Shown one piece after another: positions 9,693 through 18,341 of a stretch of 64,000 nt of DNA. How positions within the stretch are numbered: position 1 is the stretch's first letter; every line of letters starts with the position of its first letter. Source of the stretch: Alphaproteobacteria bacterium. Its GTDB lineage: Bacteria > Pseudomonadota > Alphaproteobacteria > Rs-D84. Location: positions 6,506-70,505 of the forward strand of contig JAGBVH010000007.1 of the NCBI GenBank assembly GCA_017630405.1, given 5' to 3'. The position numbers and the translations under genes are program-made. The notes under the pieces are model-generated. The model searched no databases and was not told the DNA's origin. It worked only from the letters and a program-made list of their open reading frames with translations.

Positions 9693-10832
9693 ATGACCAA
9701 AAAAGCAAACATGGGTAAAATCAAACGCTCGACAGACGATATGATTGACGATGCAATCGCACAGCAGAATGATTGGCAGGAAAATCGCAGAACCTATACA
9801 CGCGGATTTTTGAAATCCCTTAATATGTTCGCTCGTCCTTCGGCAAAAAAAGTAGAAAGTCAATCTGAGGCAAAAATAGAAGTTAAAGAAGCGCGTAACA
9901 ACAAGACCGGTGTAAAGGCATACTGGTTCCCTATTATGTGCGCACTGTTTGTTATCTTTATGGTCATTTGGTTGGTGTTTATCGGTGTTCATCGCGAACC
10001 ACGCGTGTTGGCGGTGCCAAATATTCCAGAACCAACCGTTCAGCAGATAAAAAAATATGAAACACCAAGTTTTGATATCGTTCGTATCCAGCATGATGGC
10101 AGCATTGTTGTTGCAGGTCGCTGGAAAGCGAATACTAATGTTTCTGTATTGGTTAATAATAAAGTTGTATCAACACAACGCACAGATGAAAATGGCGAAT
10201 TTGTATATGCGCCAACCACACCTTTTGCGGCGGGCAACTATACATTTGCCTTGTTGGGTACTGACCCAGAAGTAAAATCTGATGACAAGGTGTTTGTTTA
10301 TGTTTCCGAACATGGATATAAAAACTCGTTGTCTTTGTTGATGACCAAAGATGGCAGCACTTTGTTGCAGGGTCCATACTTGTTAAAAGATGGTGATTTG
10401 ACAGTATCAAAAATCGACTATCTGGATTCGGGTCGTATGATTGTCACAGGTACTGCGTTGCCAAGATTGCGTGTATCAATGATTTTGAATCATAAATATT
10501 TGGGCTTTGCACGCGTGTCCGATTACAGAAACTTTGGACTGGGTGCGGATATTGGCGATTTGGAGCCAGGCAAAGAATATGAATTAATTGTTCGTCTGCA
10601 CGATGGTGCCGGTCGCACAGTTGCAAATATCATACACAAATTTACAGCACCTGAAATGACTGGTGATGACGACACATTTTATACTGTTCGTCGTGGCGAC
10701 TGTTTGTGGGTAATTGCACGCAACTTTATGCGCCGCGGCATCTTGTTCAGCATCATCGCAGAACGCAATAATATTGAAAATCCTGATTTGATTTTCCCAA
10801 AACAGAAATTACAAATTCCAGTAATAAAATAA
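9693..10832 (+). CDS. Membrane-anchored LysM peptidoglycan-binding protein
   Basis: ATG 9693 has RBS agagg 6 nt upstream. One TM segment (AYWFPIMCALFVIFMVIWLVFIGV). C-terminal LysM (YTVRRGDCLWVIARNF...LIFPKQKLQIP). Confidence 0.8.
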   Translation: MTKKANMGKIKRSTDDMIDDAIAQQNDWQENRRTYTRGFLKSLNMFARPSAKKVESQSEAKIEVKEARNNKTGVKAYWFPIMCALFVIFMVIWLVFIGVHREPRVLAVPNIPEPTVQQIKKYETPSFDIVRIQHDGSIVVAGRWKANTNVSVLVNNKVVSTQRTDENGEFVYAPTTPFAAGNYTFALLGTDPEVKSDDKVFVYVSEHGYKNSLSLLMTKDGSTLLQGPYLLKDGDLTVSKIDYLDSGRMIVTGTALPRLRVSMILNHKYLGFARVSDYRNFGLGADIGDLEPGKEYELIVRLHDGAGRTVANIIHKFTAPEMTGDDDTFYTVRRGDCLWVIARNFMRRGILFSIIAERNNIENPDLIFPKQKLQIPVIK

Positions 10833-10853
10833 ACAACAGCAAAGGTAATAAAC

Positions 10854-11480
10854 ATGCCATATAAGAATATAGAATTGCGTCGTCAGCGTGGTCGCGAAAG
10901 ATATCTGCGTCAACGCGAAGAACGTCTGAAATATGCACATGAGTATTACATGAAAAATATCGATGAAATGCGTGAAAAGAATCGCGTTCGCGCACATGAA
11001 AGTCGCGACAAATACAAGGCAAGAATACAAGCGTATCTTGAAAAGAATAAAGAAACAAGAAACGCAAAATGTCGCGCATATTATCACGAGCACAAAGATC
11101 GTTTGGCCGCACGCGTCAAAGAATATCATATTGAACATCATGATGAAATTGCTTTGAAACGCGCCCAGGCAAAAGCAGAATTGCGCAACGCACGCCAAAT
11201 GTGCCCTGCTTTCAAGTTTGTTGATAAGATACGTTTGGCCAATCCAGAACTGTACATGACCAAATATCGCATTGGTTCTAATTTGGCACATAAGGCCGCC
11301 AAGACATGCGTAGCAATTGTGGCGGGCGATTATACATTGTGCCCGATTTGTAGCAACTGCACTATGTCTGGCAAAGAAATGGAATGTAAATGTCCAATGC
11401 CAAATGTATTTGAATTCGAAAACGCTGTATCTGAAATCCGTCAGCGCGCTGCAGATATCGTTATGGCTAATCAGAAATAA
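10854..11480 (+). CDS. Basic repeat protein with Cys-rich C-terminal domain (paralogue of 11914-12915)
   Basis: Reiterated basic R/K..Y..(E/H)(H/N) units (RERYLRQREERLKYAHEYYMKN...RAYYHEHKDRL...KEYHIEHHDEI). The C-terminal MCPAFKF..LY(M/L)TKY..C.. block is shared with the downstream paralogue. Confidence 0.65.
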   Translation: MPYKNIELRRQRGRERYLRQREERLKYAHEYYMKNIDEMREKNRVRAHESRDKYKARIQAYLEKNKETRNAKCRAYYHEHKDRLAARVKEYHIEHHDEIALKRAQAKAELRNARQMCPAFKFVDKIRLANPELYMTKYRIGSNLAHKAAKTCVAIVAGDYTLCPICSNCTMSGKEMECKCPMPNVFEFENAVSEIRQRAADIVMANQK

Positions 11481-11484
11481 AATC

Positions 11485-11904
11485 ATGACACCAAAAGAAA
11501 TAACTTCGTTATTGGCATCGCTTGAGAAAAACTCTGGGCAGTTAACTAAAAAGCATTTGAAAAAGATTTACGCCCTGTTGATTGCAAGCGGTCAATTTCC
11601 GGTCTGTCCTTGGTGCCTTGAGTATATTTATAACATTAACGATTTTACATGGGATCATATAGTTCCCAAATCCTGTGGTGGCACAGACGACCTTTCAAAT
11701 CTGCAACCAATGCACAAATCGTGTAATAACGAGATGAAACAACATTTTGTTTATACTACTGAATATAAGTATGATATTTGTGAGGCATTGGAACAAGATA
11801 TCAAAAAAGAGCGTGCTAGTTCCTGTAAGAAACAGGTTGACGAAACCAACAAAAAACATACTAAAGAGCGTTATAAAAACACTAAACGCGGCAAATGCCG
11901 ATAG
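11485..11904 (+). CDS. HNH endonuclease
   Basis: CPWCLEY...FTWDHIVPKSCGGTDDLSNLQPMHKSCNNEMK, a CxxC plus DH..N..N HNH core. ATG 11485 lies 5 nt after the preceding stop. Confidence 0.8.
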   Translation: MTPKEITSLLASLEKNSGQLTKKHLKKIYALLIASGQFPVCPWCLEYIYNINDFTWDHIVPKSCGGTDDLSNLQPMHKSCNNEMKQHFVYTTEYKYDICEALEQDIKKERASSCKKQVDETNKKHTKERYKNTKRGKCR

Positions 11905-11913
11905 TTTATTAAC

Positions 11914-12915
11914 ATGAAATCTTCTGATTTAAAATCATGGTTGAACAGTGGGGCGCACATTATTTATGCGACCACTGGCAGACCATCCAAACATGTGAGC
12001 ACACTGGCGGAAGTGTTTCTGGAATATTATCTGTTTGATGCGGACACACCAAAAACAATCGAAGATTTCTTAACCACCGAAGAACTAAACGATGTTTTTA
12101 CAGCAGACCAGATTATGAATCTGATGTGTGGGCGCGCATGTTTACACAACGATTTAGTCAGCCTGATTCATACTAAGTTGCCGTTTGAAATAAGCCTTGG
12201 GCGACTGTACAAATTAAATGCCAATGCATTCTTGATGGGGGCGGCCGAAATATCCCCCGCCGAGATGGTAAATCTGTCCAAGAAAGAAACTGAAGAAAAA
12301 CAGAAAAAGAAACGAGAAACCAAAGCTGAATACAATCGTAGATATCGTGAAAAACACGCCGATAAAATTAAACAGCAACAGAAAGAATATTATCAGGCCA
12401 ATCGCGAACAACGATTGGCGCGTGCGCGTGCGCGTTATGCTGAAAATCCCGAAACTTTTAGTGCCAGATTACATACATACTATGTGACACATACCGAAAA
12501 ATGTCTGGCGCGTGACAGAAAATATCGACAAGAAAATCATGAGCACATTTTACGCCGTAATCGCGCCTATCGTATCGCCCATCCAGATTCTAATAAAGAA
12601 AACTATCAAAGAATTAAAGCGCGTAAAGAATTAGCCAAAACAATGTGTCCGGTCTTTATGTATATTTGTGAATTGCGCGCCACGAACTTGGAAAAATATC
12701 TGACCAAATATAAAAAAGTTCAGGATATCGCGGGTCAAGCAATCCGCGCTGGCTGTGTGGCACTGGGCAATCAGGACATAACACAATGCCCGATTGTAAT
12801 GGGTGGTGTTTCAAAGCGCACACAATGTCAAATGCAATTGGCGTTTGAATTTCGTGGAGCGGTCGGTCGTGTGGCACAAATCGCCCAAGAAATTAAAGCA
12901 AATCAAAAACACTAA
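11914..12915 (+). CDS. Basic repeat protein with Cys-containing C-terminal domain (paralogue of 10854-11480) plus a unique N-terminal domain
   Basis: RRYREKHADKIKQQQKEYYQANREQRLARARARYAENPE...YYVTHTEK...; MCPVFMYICELRATNLEKYLTKYKK aligns with MCPAFKFVDKIRLANPELYMTKYRI of the first paralogue. Confidence 0.65.
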   Translation: MKSSDLKSWLNSGAHIIYATTGRPSKHVSTLAEVFLEYYLFDADTPKTIEDFLTTEELNDVFTADQIMNLMCGRACLHNDLVSLIHTKLPFEISLGRLYKLNANAFLMGAAEISPAEMVNLSKKETEEKQKKKRETKAEYNRRYREKHADKIKQQQKEYYQANREQRLARARARYAENPETFSARLHTYYVTHTEKCLARDRKYRQENHEHILRRNRAYRIAHPDSNKENYQRIKARKELAKTMCPVFMYICELRATNLEKYLTKYKKVQDIAGQAIRAGCVALGNQDITQCPIVMGGVSKRTQCQMQLAFEFRGAVGRVAQIAQEIKANQKH

Positions 12916-12975
12916 AAGTCACGCCCGAATTTATTCTGGACATTTGTTTTTGTTTTATATAGAATCACACTCATC

Positions 12976-13049
12976 GCGGGCGTAGTATAATGGTAGAACG
13001 AAAGCTTCCCAAGCTTTAGGCGAGGGTTCGATTCCCTTCGCCCGCACCA
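12976..13049 (+). tRNA. tRNA-Gly (anticodon CCC)
   Basis: Acceptor gcgggcg pairs with cgcccgc. Anticodon stem aaagc/gcttt with loop ttCCCaa. T-arm gggttcgattccc. Encoded CCA. Confidence 0.9.
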
Positions 13050-13056
13050 AGAATTC

Positions 13057-13079
13057 AACCGGCATCTCGCCGGTTTTTT
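13057..13079. terminator. Intrinsic terminator after tRNA-Gly (also abuts the stop of the convergent 13078-13680 gene)
   Basis: Stem ccggc, loop atctc, stem gccgg, followed by TTTTTT. Confidence 0.7.
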
Positions 13080-13680
13080 AATACTTCTGTCGTTGATGAC
13101 GACGGTTCATTTCCAATTGCTGGACGGCATTTTTATACTTGCTCACAAGTTTTTGCATTTTGGGTTCGCCGTACAAGGATTTCCAGTCGATAGTATAATA
13201 CTGTTTGTCATAGGGATAAGGATTATGACGAACCAAATAATCCTCGCCGTGATATTTCACAAAGCGATTAATGCGGCTGGCATATCGGACAGAATCACGC
13301 TTAGCTGTTTCTGGTTGTATCAATTCGTAATCTGCTAGATTCAATGAATTTGTGGTTTTTATAGCATCTGCATATGCTGCGGTTAAAATTTCTTTGGTTG
13401 CCTTTGGTGTTGCATCTCGAACTTTCTTGGGCACATAAAGTAAAGTTCCATACAAACCAATCATAGAAACGATAATAAAAGCAGCCAGAACCGCCATTGT
13501 TTCCATTCGTTCTTCGGCTTTGCGCTTTTCTTTCAATTCCTGTACAAATCTGCCGTCACAATCAGAAGACGTTTTTCTTAAACCCCTAAAACGGCGACTG
13601 TGTTTTGGTTCGTTTATTTCTTTATAATGTCGCATCGCCATTATGGCTGCGACCTTTCGTCCCGTATTCATTACCACCAT
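13078..13680 (-). CDS. Hypothetical single-pass membrane protein (200 aa)
   Basis: One TM segment (MAVLAAFIIVSMIGLYGTLLYV). Basic N- and C-termini. No recognisable family. Confidence 0.5.
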   Translation of the reverse strand: MVVMNTGRKVAAIMAMRHYKEINEPKHSRRFRGLRKTSSDCDGRFVQELKEKRKAEERMETMAVLAAFIIVSMIGLYGTLLYVPKKVRDATPKATKEILTAAYADAIKTTNSLNLADYELIQPETAKRDSVRYASRINRFVKYHGEDYLVRHNPYPYDKQYYTIDWKSLYGEPKMQKLVSKYKNAVQQLEMNRRHQRQKY

Positions 13681-13751
13681 TTCTTTTCCTTTGACTTTAA
13701 TTTTTTATTTATTCCTAGTATAGTACGCCATGGATTTTTTGCAATAAACAT

Positions 13752-13780
13752 TTGACTTTTTTGATTTTTTGGGTCATAAT
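13752..13780 (+). promoter_or_regulatory. Sigma70-like promoter upstream of rpsP
   Basis: TTGACT (13752-13757), a 17 nt spacer, then CATAAT (13775-13780). This implies a leader of about 130 nt. Confidence 0.4.
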
Positions 13781-13916
13781 GGGGTCGCAAATCCCAAAGA
13801 TTGCCATTATTATAAAACCAGTTCGCAGTATGCGTGTGGTACATCAACCGGCGAGTTTCGCTCTTGATGGCGGTTTTCTTTGTGGTTAAAACAGTTAATA
13901 AAAAAGGAGCAAAATT

Positions 13917-14366
13917 ATGGCAACTGTTATTCGTTTGGCACGTCATGGTGCAAAAAAACGCCCATACTATCACATTGTTGTGACAGATTCACGCAACGCA
14001 CGTAATTCGGGCAATGTTTTGGAAGTCGTTGGTAAATATGATCCAATGCAGGCAAAAGACAGCGATAAACGCGTAATCTTGAAAATGGATGAAGTCAAAG
14101 CTTGGTTGGCAAAAGGGGCCCAGCCTTCTGACCGCGTGTACAAGTTCTTGGCAAAAGCTGGCTTGGTAAAAGCAAAGGCTATCCCAGTTCAGACAAAGAA
14201 ACACTTGCAGTCTGAAAAGACTTTGATGAAAATCAAGGACAAAGCTGACAAATTAGCTAAAATCGCAGAAGAAAAAGCCGCCGCAGAAGCAGCAGCCAAG
14301 GCTGCAGCAGAAGCTGAAGCAGCCGCACCTGCAGAAGAAGCACCAGCAGCAGAAGTTGCAGAATAA
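13917..14366 (+). CDS. rpsP: 30S ribosomal protein S16 with Ala/Glu-rich C-terminal extension
   Basis: MATVIRLARHGAKKRPYYHIVVTDSRNARNSG..., then the tail AAAEAAAKAAAEAEAAAPAEEAPAAEVAE. RBS aaggag. Confidence 0.95.
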   Translation: MATVIRLARHGAKKRPYYHIVVTDSRNARNSGNVLEVVGKYDPMQAKDSDKRVILKMDEVKAWLAKGAQPSDRVYKFLAKAGLVKAKAIPVQTKKHLQSEKTLMKIKDKADKLAKIAEEKAAAEAAAKAAAEAEAAAPAEEAPAAEVAE

Positions 14367-14382
14367 TATATAATTTTGCCCT

Positions 14383-14427
14383 GCCCGATATGCTGGATTG
14401 GTATAATTTCGGCATGTCGGGCTTTTT
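14383..14427 (+). terminator. Long hairpin plus T-run after rpsP (terminator or attenuator inside the S16 operon)
   Basis: gcccgatatgc (14383-14393) pairs with gcatgtcgggc (14412-14422) with one G-U, followed by TTTTT. Confidence 0.55.
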
Positions 14428-14449
14428 GCAACTGATAAAGGAATTGAAC

Positions 14450-14785
14450 ATGGCGATTACCGACAAGTATTTGATAAATCCTGATGTGGAATTATATGCG
14501 GTTGATAACAAAATGGTTACAACTGCACCATGCGTACATAAGGATGGCGCACCTGACGCAGATTTAGACTGCCCATATGATGGCACATATTGCAGACAAA
14601 AAGAATGTCGATTAATCAAGTGGAAAAAGTCTGTAGAATATCACGCAACACATAAAATAGATAATCTGATAGTTACAAGTGCGAACATGTTCGAAGGTTG
14701 CCCTTTGGGTTCACGCGAACGCTATTGTATTCGCAAGATTCGCTATGAAAAAATGATTCAGGAATTAAGACACCATGTTAAATAA
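14450..14785 (+). CDS. Hypothetical Cys-containing protein (111 aa) between rpsP and rimM
   Basis: ATG 14450 has RBS aaaggaa upstream. The ORF overlaps the rimM start by 11 nt. Six Cys residues. No KH-domain similarity. Confidence 0.5.
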   Translation: MAITDKYLINPDVELYAVDNKMVTTAPCVHKDGAPDADLDCPYDGTYCRQKECRLIKWKKSVEYHATHKIDNLIVTSANMFEGCPLGSRERYCIRKIRYEKMIQELRHHVK

Positions 14786-15236
14786 TAAAATCTTGGTTGG
14801 GAAAATTGTCGCGCCACAGGGAATCCGTGGCGAGGTTCGTATTCAGACATATTCTGATGCGCCAAGCGACTTTAAAAAGTTCAAGATAATCAGCGACAAG
14901 TTTGTATCTGACGACTTTAAGTTTGTGCGCACGGTGCCAAATTCTACTGTTATAATCGCAAAAATTCGCGGTGTTGATGACAGAAATACAGCAGAAATGT
15001 TGCGCGGAACACAACTGTTTATTGGGCGCGGCGATTTGCCGGAATTAAAAGAAAACGAATATTACCAGACTGATTTAATCGGAATGAGTGTCAATCAGCG
15101 TGGCAATATCATAGGACGCGTTTCCTGTGTCCAGAACTATGGCGCGGGAGATATCTTGGAACTGGAAAATGGTGACATGGTGTCGTTTGTCGGCGCAAAG
15201 GTTGATTTTGATACAGGTGTTATCTATATAAACTAG
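14775..15236 (+). CDS. rimM: 16S rRNA processing protein RimM
   Basis: KILVGKIVAPQGIRGEVRIQTYSD...YYQTDLIGM, a RimM N-terminal domain plus a PRC barrel. Lies in the canonical operon position. Confidence 0.85.
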   Translation: MLNNKILVGKIVAPQGIRGEVRIQTYSDAPSDFKKFKIISDKFVSDDFKFVRTVPNSTVIIAKIRGVDDRNTAEMLRGTQLFIGRGDLPELKENEYYQTDLIGMSVNQRGNIIGRVSCVQNYGAGDILELENGDMVSFVGAKVDFDTGVIYIN

Positions 15237-15278
15237 TGCGGGCAATGGGGAACGCAGATAAAAAAGGATAAAAAGATT

Positions 15279-15566
15279 ATGAAAAAAGATAAGAAGGTTG
15301 TTTTTAAATTTGAAGGTACTAGCAAGGGCTTTTCAACAGCATGCACAGCCAAATTTGACGCACCAACTGTTCCTTGTTCTACATTAAAAATGTATAAAAA
15401 TGGTGTGGACAGCAAAGTTGTTGTCGCTGTCAAAGAAGATACGGAAGTAAGCATACTTATGCCGGATTACGCACGCAGCGCAGAAACAATTGAAACTATG
15501 TGCGGTTTGGGCCAGGCTTTCTGTGGCCTGTGTCAGTTCAAGGCAATTAAAGGTCGTCAAAAATAA
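15279..15566 (+). CDS. Small Cys-motif protein, array member 1 (95 aa)
   Basis: RBS aaaaggataaaaag. Motifs C-x10-C (ACTAKFDAPTVPC) and C-x6-C-x2-C (MCGLGQAFCGLCQF) are shared with the next two ORFs. Confidence 0.6.
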   Translation: MKKDKKVVFKFEGTSKGFSTACTAKFDAPTVPCSTLKMYKNGVDSKVVVAVKEDTEVSILMPDYARSAETIETMCGLGQAFCGLCQFKAIKGRQK

Positions 15567-15580
15567 GCGCGAGGTAACAA

Positions 15581-15865
15581 ATGGCGACAACAAATGTAAT
15601 TATCAGTACAATCAATCACGATAAAGTGCGTGTTTGCAAGTTGCCGAACACATCAGAAGAACTTCGGAATTGCCCTTTGCGCAGATTCCAGGGGCTGAAC
15701 GGTATCACATATCGTGAAACGACACAGGAAGGCAGCGGATTGCGTAAGGTACATATTGGCGCAGATATGAGTTCGGACAACGCTTGGTTGACTGTGGACT
15801 GTTTGTACTCGGTTGCTAAATACATATGTAAACACTGTGAATACAACAAAGAAAAACAGAGATAA
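15581..15865 (+). CDS. Small Cys-motif protein, array member 2 (94 aa)
   Basis: RBS gaggtaac. VCKLPNTSEELRNC, then DCLYSVAKYICKHCEY. The Cys spacing matches members 1 and 3. Confidence 0.6.
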   Translation: MATTNVIISTINHDKVRVCKLPNTSEELRNCPLRRFQGLNGITYRETTQEGSGLRKVHIGADMSSDNAWLTVDCLYSVAKYICKHCEYNKEKQR

Positions 15866-15867
15866 CT

Positions 15868-16158
15868 ATGGCAAACAGCACAGAAATAACTTTTCGTTTC
15901 CAAAGAACACCACTGACATTAAAAGTGAACTGCTGTGCTGATTTTGACACACGAATTAAAGATTGTTGTGTGATACGCACTTGTGCAAACTGTGGCACAA
16001 AGGTTGCTCTTTATCAGAATGCGCCAAATTTGGTCGATATTGATACGGGACAAATTTTTAACCTGGAAGATTGTGTTAATATCGAGCATTTTCAGAAAGC
16101 TTGCAGTGCAATGTGTAAAATCTGTCAGTTTAACGCGTGTAATACCAAGGTAAAATAA
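15868..16158 (+). CDS. Small Cys-motif protein, array member 3 (96 aa)
   Basis: ATG lies 2 nt after the previous stop. NCCADFDTRIKDCC, then ACSAMCKICQFNAC. The stop lies 3 nt before trmD. Confidence 0.6.
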   Translation: MANSTEITFRFQRTPLTLKVNCCADFDTRIKDCCVIRTCANCGTKVALYQNAPNLVDIDTGQIFNLEDCVNIEHFQKACSAMCKICQFNACNTKVK

Positions 16159-16161
16159 CAA

Positions 16162-16848
16162 ATGCATTTTAACATATTGACCATTTTTCCAGAAATGTTC
16201 CCTGGCACCCTGTCAGGTGGCGTGGTTGGACGCGCACTGGATAAAAAGATTTGGTCGTATGATGTTATTAATATTCGCGACTTTGCCATAAATAACTATG
16301 GCAGTGTTGATGATACTCAATTCGGTGGTGGCGCAGGTATGGTTATGCGACCAGACGCACTAGGTGACGCATTGGATTCTATCAAAAACAAGGGCAAGAT
16401 TATCTATTTTTCACCACGCGGACCACGCCTTGACCAGAAAATGGTGCGCGATTTTGTGGTCGATAATGATGCGACATACACCCTGCTCTGTGGTCGATAC
16501 GAAGGAATTGACGAGCGAATCATCGAAGAATATGATATAATGGAACTTTCCATTGGTGATTACATACTGTCAGGTGGCGAAATCGCCGCGCAAGTTTTTG
16601 TTGACAGTTGCGTTCGTCTGATGGATAATGTGGTCCACGGTGGGACTGAGACCACCAATAACGAAAGTTTCGAAATCGGCGGGTTGGAATGGCCGTTATA
16701 TACCCGTCCGTCAGTATGGCGTGGACGAAGCGTCCCAGAAGTCCTGCTGTCCGGTCACCACGGCAATATCGAACGGTGGCGGAAACAACAATCGGTTGAC
16801 ATAACAAAAGAACGTCGACCGGACTTAATAAAGGAAAATGAAAAATGA
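16162..16848 (+). CDS. trmD: tRNA (guanine37-N1)-methyltransferase
   Basis: [15 protein letters not shown]...[11 protein letters not shown]...[11 protein letters not shown]...[11 protein letters not shown], the TrmD SPOUT signatures. Confidence 0.95.
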   Translation: MHFNILTIFPEMFPGTLSGGVVGRALDKKIWSYDVINIRDFAINNYGSVDDTQFGGGAGMVMRPDALGDALDSIKNKGKIIYFSPRGPRLDQKMVRDFVVDNDATYTLLCGRYEGIDERIIEEYDIMELSIGDYILSGGEIAAQVFVDSCVRLMDNVVHGGTETTNNESFEIGGLEWPLYTRPSVWRGRSVPEVLLSGHHGNIERWRKQQSVDITKERRPDLIKENEK

Positions 16849-17237
16849 GCATTATTAAAAAAATCGAAGCAGCCCAGGTTGCTAAACTGCAGGGCGACAA
16901 AAAAATCCCAAACTTCAAAGCTGGGGATACATTGAAAGTTCACGTTAAAATTAAAGACGGTGACAAATTCCGTATCCAGATGTTTGAAGGTGTTGTTATC
17001 GCACGCGATGGCGGCATGGGAAATAATGCATCCTTTACAGTACGTCGTGAATCTTATGGTGTTGGTGTAGAACGCAAGTTCCCACTGTACAGCCCAGCAA
17101 TCGAAAAGATTGAAAAGGTTCGTATCGGTAAAGTACGTCGTGCTAAATTGTTCTTCCTGCGTGGTCTGTCAGGTAAAAAGGCGCGTATCGTCGAAGACTT
17201 GGCTGCTACATCTGCAGAAAAGAGCGCAAACAAATAA
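16845..17237 (+). CDS. rplS: 50S ribosomal protein L19
   Basis: [36 protein letters not shown]...SFTVRR...[15 protein letters not shown] overlap with trmD. Confidence 0.95.
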   Translation: MSIIKKIEAAQVAKLQGDKKIPNFKAGDTLKVHVKIKDGDKFRIQMFEGVVIARDGGMGNNASFTVRRESYGVGVERKFPLYSPAIEKIEKVRIGKVRRAKLFFLRGLSGKKARIVEDLAATSAEKSANK

Positions 17238-17240
17238 TAA

Positions 17241-17262
17241 ATCCGCTTCGGCGGATTTTTTT
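17241..17262 (+). terminator. Intrinsic terminator after rplS
   Basis: Stem atccgc, loop ttcg, stem gcggat, followed by TTTTTT. Confidence 0.8.
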
Positions 17263-17298
17263 ATTGTGTTTATTAAATATGATTGTAAAATAATCGGT

Positions 17299-17646
17299 AT
17301 GAAAAAGATACTTTTGTTATTATCGATTATGTTTTCGATGTCCGCAAATGCCGTGGAATATGTTAATCGCAGCAATGCCGTTGTTCGCGTTATGGACAAG
17401 GCCGCCGGCAAGGTTCAAATGGTGACAATTCCTGTTAACAGCGAAACACAGGTTGAAAAACTGTATATCAATGTTCGCACCTGTAAACAAACAGACCCAT
17501 TTCAGGCCGAAGACTATTTCGCGTTTATTGAAATATCCAAGATTGACGAAGGTACTATATTCAGTGGCTGGATGAGCCGTAATGAACCTGGGGATAATCC
17601 GTTGCAGAATGCGGACTATGATGTTTGGTTAGTTAAGTGCGAGTAA
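17299..17646 (+). CDS. Secreted DUF2155-family protein
   Basis: Signal peptide MKKILLLLSIMFSMSANA. VVRVMDKAAGKV...INVRTCKQTDPFQAEDYFAFIEI resembles the alphaproteobacterial DUF2155 pattern (recalled from memory). Confidence 0.6.
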   Translation: MKKILLLLSIMFSMSANAVEYVNRSNAVVRVMDKAAGKVQMVTIPVNSETQVEKLYINVRTCKQTDPFQAEDYFAFIEISKIDEGTIFSGWMSRNEPGDNPLQNADYDVWLVKCE

Positions 17647-17653
17647 GTAAAAA

Positions 17654-18025
17654 ATGATTATCGAAAATTTAGACGGTTTTGTTTTGGGGAAAGCTTCTTT
17701 GAGTGCACAATCCGGTCAACCATGGCCCTTTCACGGTGCACCTATTGCAATTTACACAGATTTAAACCTTGCTAAAAAAGCAGTGATTGAATCTCAGACA
17801 AACTTTTCAAAACCGCACCCTGTGTGGACATCTGTTTATGCGGTTTCGGCATCTAATATTGACTGTGTGGAACTACATGGTGACGGAACATTTGTAACCG
17901 TACAGGCGCATAAGATTATTACTAAAAATCCTGTATTCTATAGCGCAAGCACCACCGTCAGCAACAATGCCCTGTCTTTTGCGCGCGCACGCAAAATACA
18001 AAATTTTATGAACAAGCTTAAATAG
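17654..18025 (+). CDS. Hypothetical protein (123 aa)
   Basis: ORF tightly packed 7 nt after the previous stop. No recognisable motif. Confidence 0.45.
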   Translation: MIIENLDGFVLGKASLSAQSGQPWPFHGAPIAIYTDLNLAKKAVIESQTNFSKPHPVWTSVYAVSASNIDCVELHGDGTFVTVQAHKIITKNPVFYSASTTVSNNALSFARARKIQNFMNKLK

Positions 18026-18035
18026 GAGGGAGCAA

Positions 18036-18341
18036 ATGGATTTTATTAAAAAATATTTCAAGATTTTTATCGGCGTTGCCGCACTTATTATGGTTGTTGT
18101 GGTGTTTTTCTTTTCACAGCGCAGTAACGATTTGGAAACTGGAACACTAAAAGACTGGCCGGCAGCCACATCCGAACGGCGTATTTCTGCTGCGCAAATT
18201 TTGACCGGCGCAGACAAAGATATCGATTTGCTGGTCGCGTGTATCGACAAAATGGCAACCCTGCCCGACAGTGGCGAAATGGCAATTCGTGACGCAGCAT
18301 CGTTATGCTATACAGGGATTCAACTGAAAGAAAATCTGTGA
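18036..18341 (+). CDS. Hypothetical membrane-anchored protein (101 aa)
   Basis: RBS aggaggg. N-terminal TM segment IFIGVAALIMVVVVFFF. Confidence 0.5.
   Translation: MDFIKKYFKIFIGVAALIMVVVVFFFSQRSNDLETGTLKDWPAATSERRISAAQILTGADKDIDLLVACIDKMATLPDSGEMAIRDAASLCYTGIQLKENL

Noticed and set aside
10809-11486. A 225 aa minus-strand ORF opposite the first basic-repeat gene.
   Set aside because: The plus-strand ORF has an RBS, sits in an operon context, and has a paralogue with the same motifs. The minus ORF has a Cys/Phe/Ile-rich artefactual composition.
13671-13973. A 100 aa minus-strand ORF overlapping the rpsP start and its promoter region.
   Set aside because: It overlaps the rpsP RBS and start, has no RBS of its own, and has implausible composition. 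The region is better explained as the rpsP promoter and leader.
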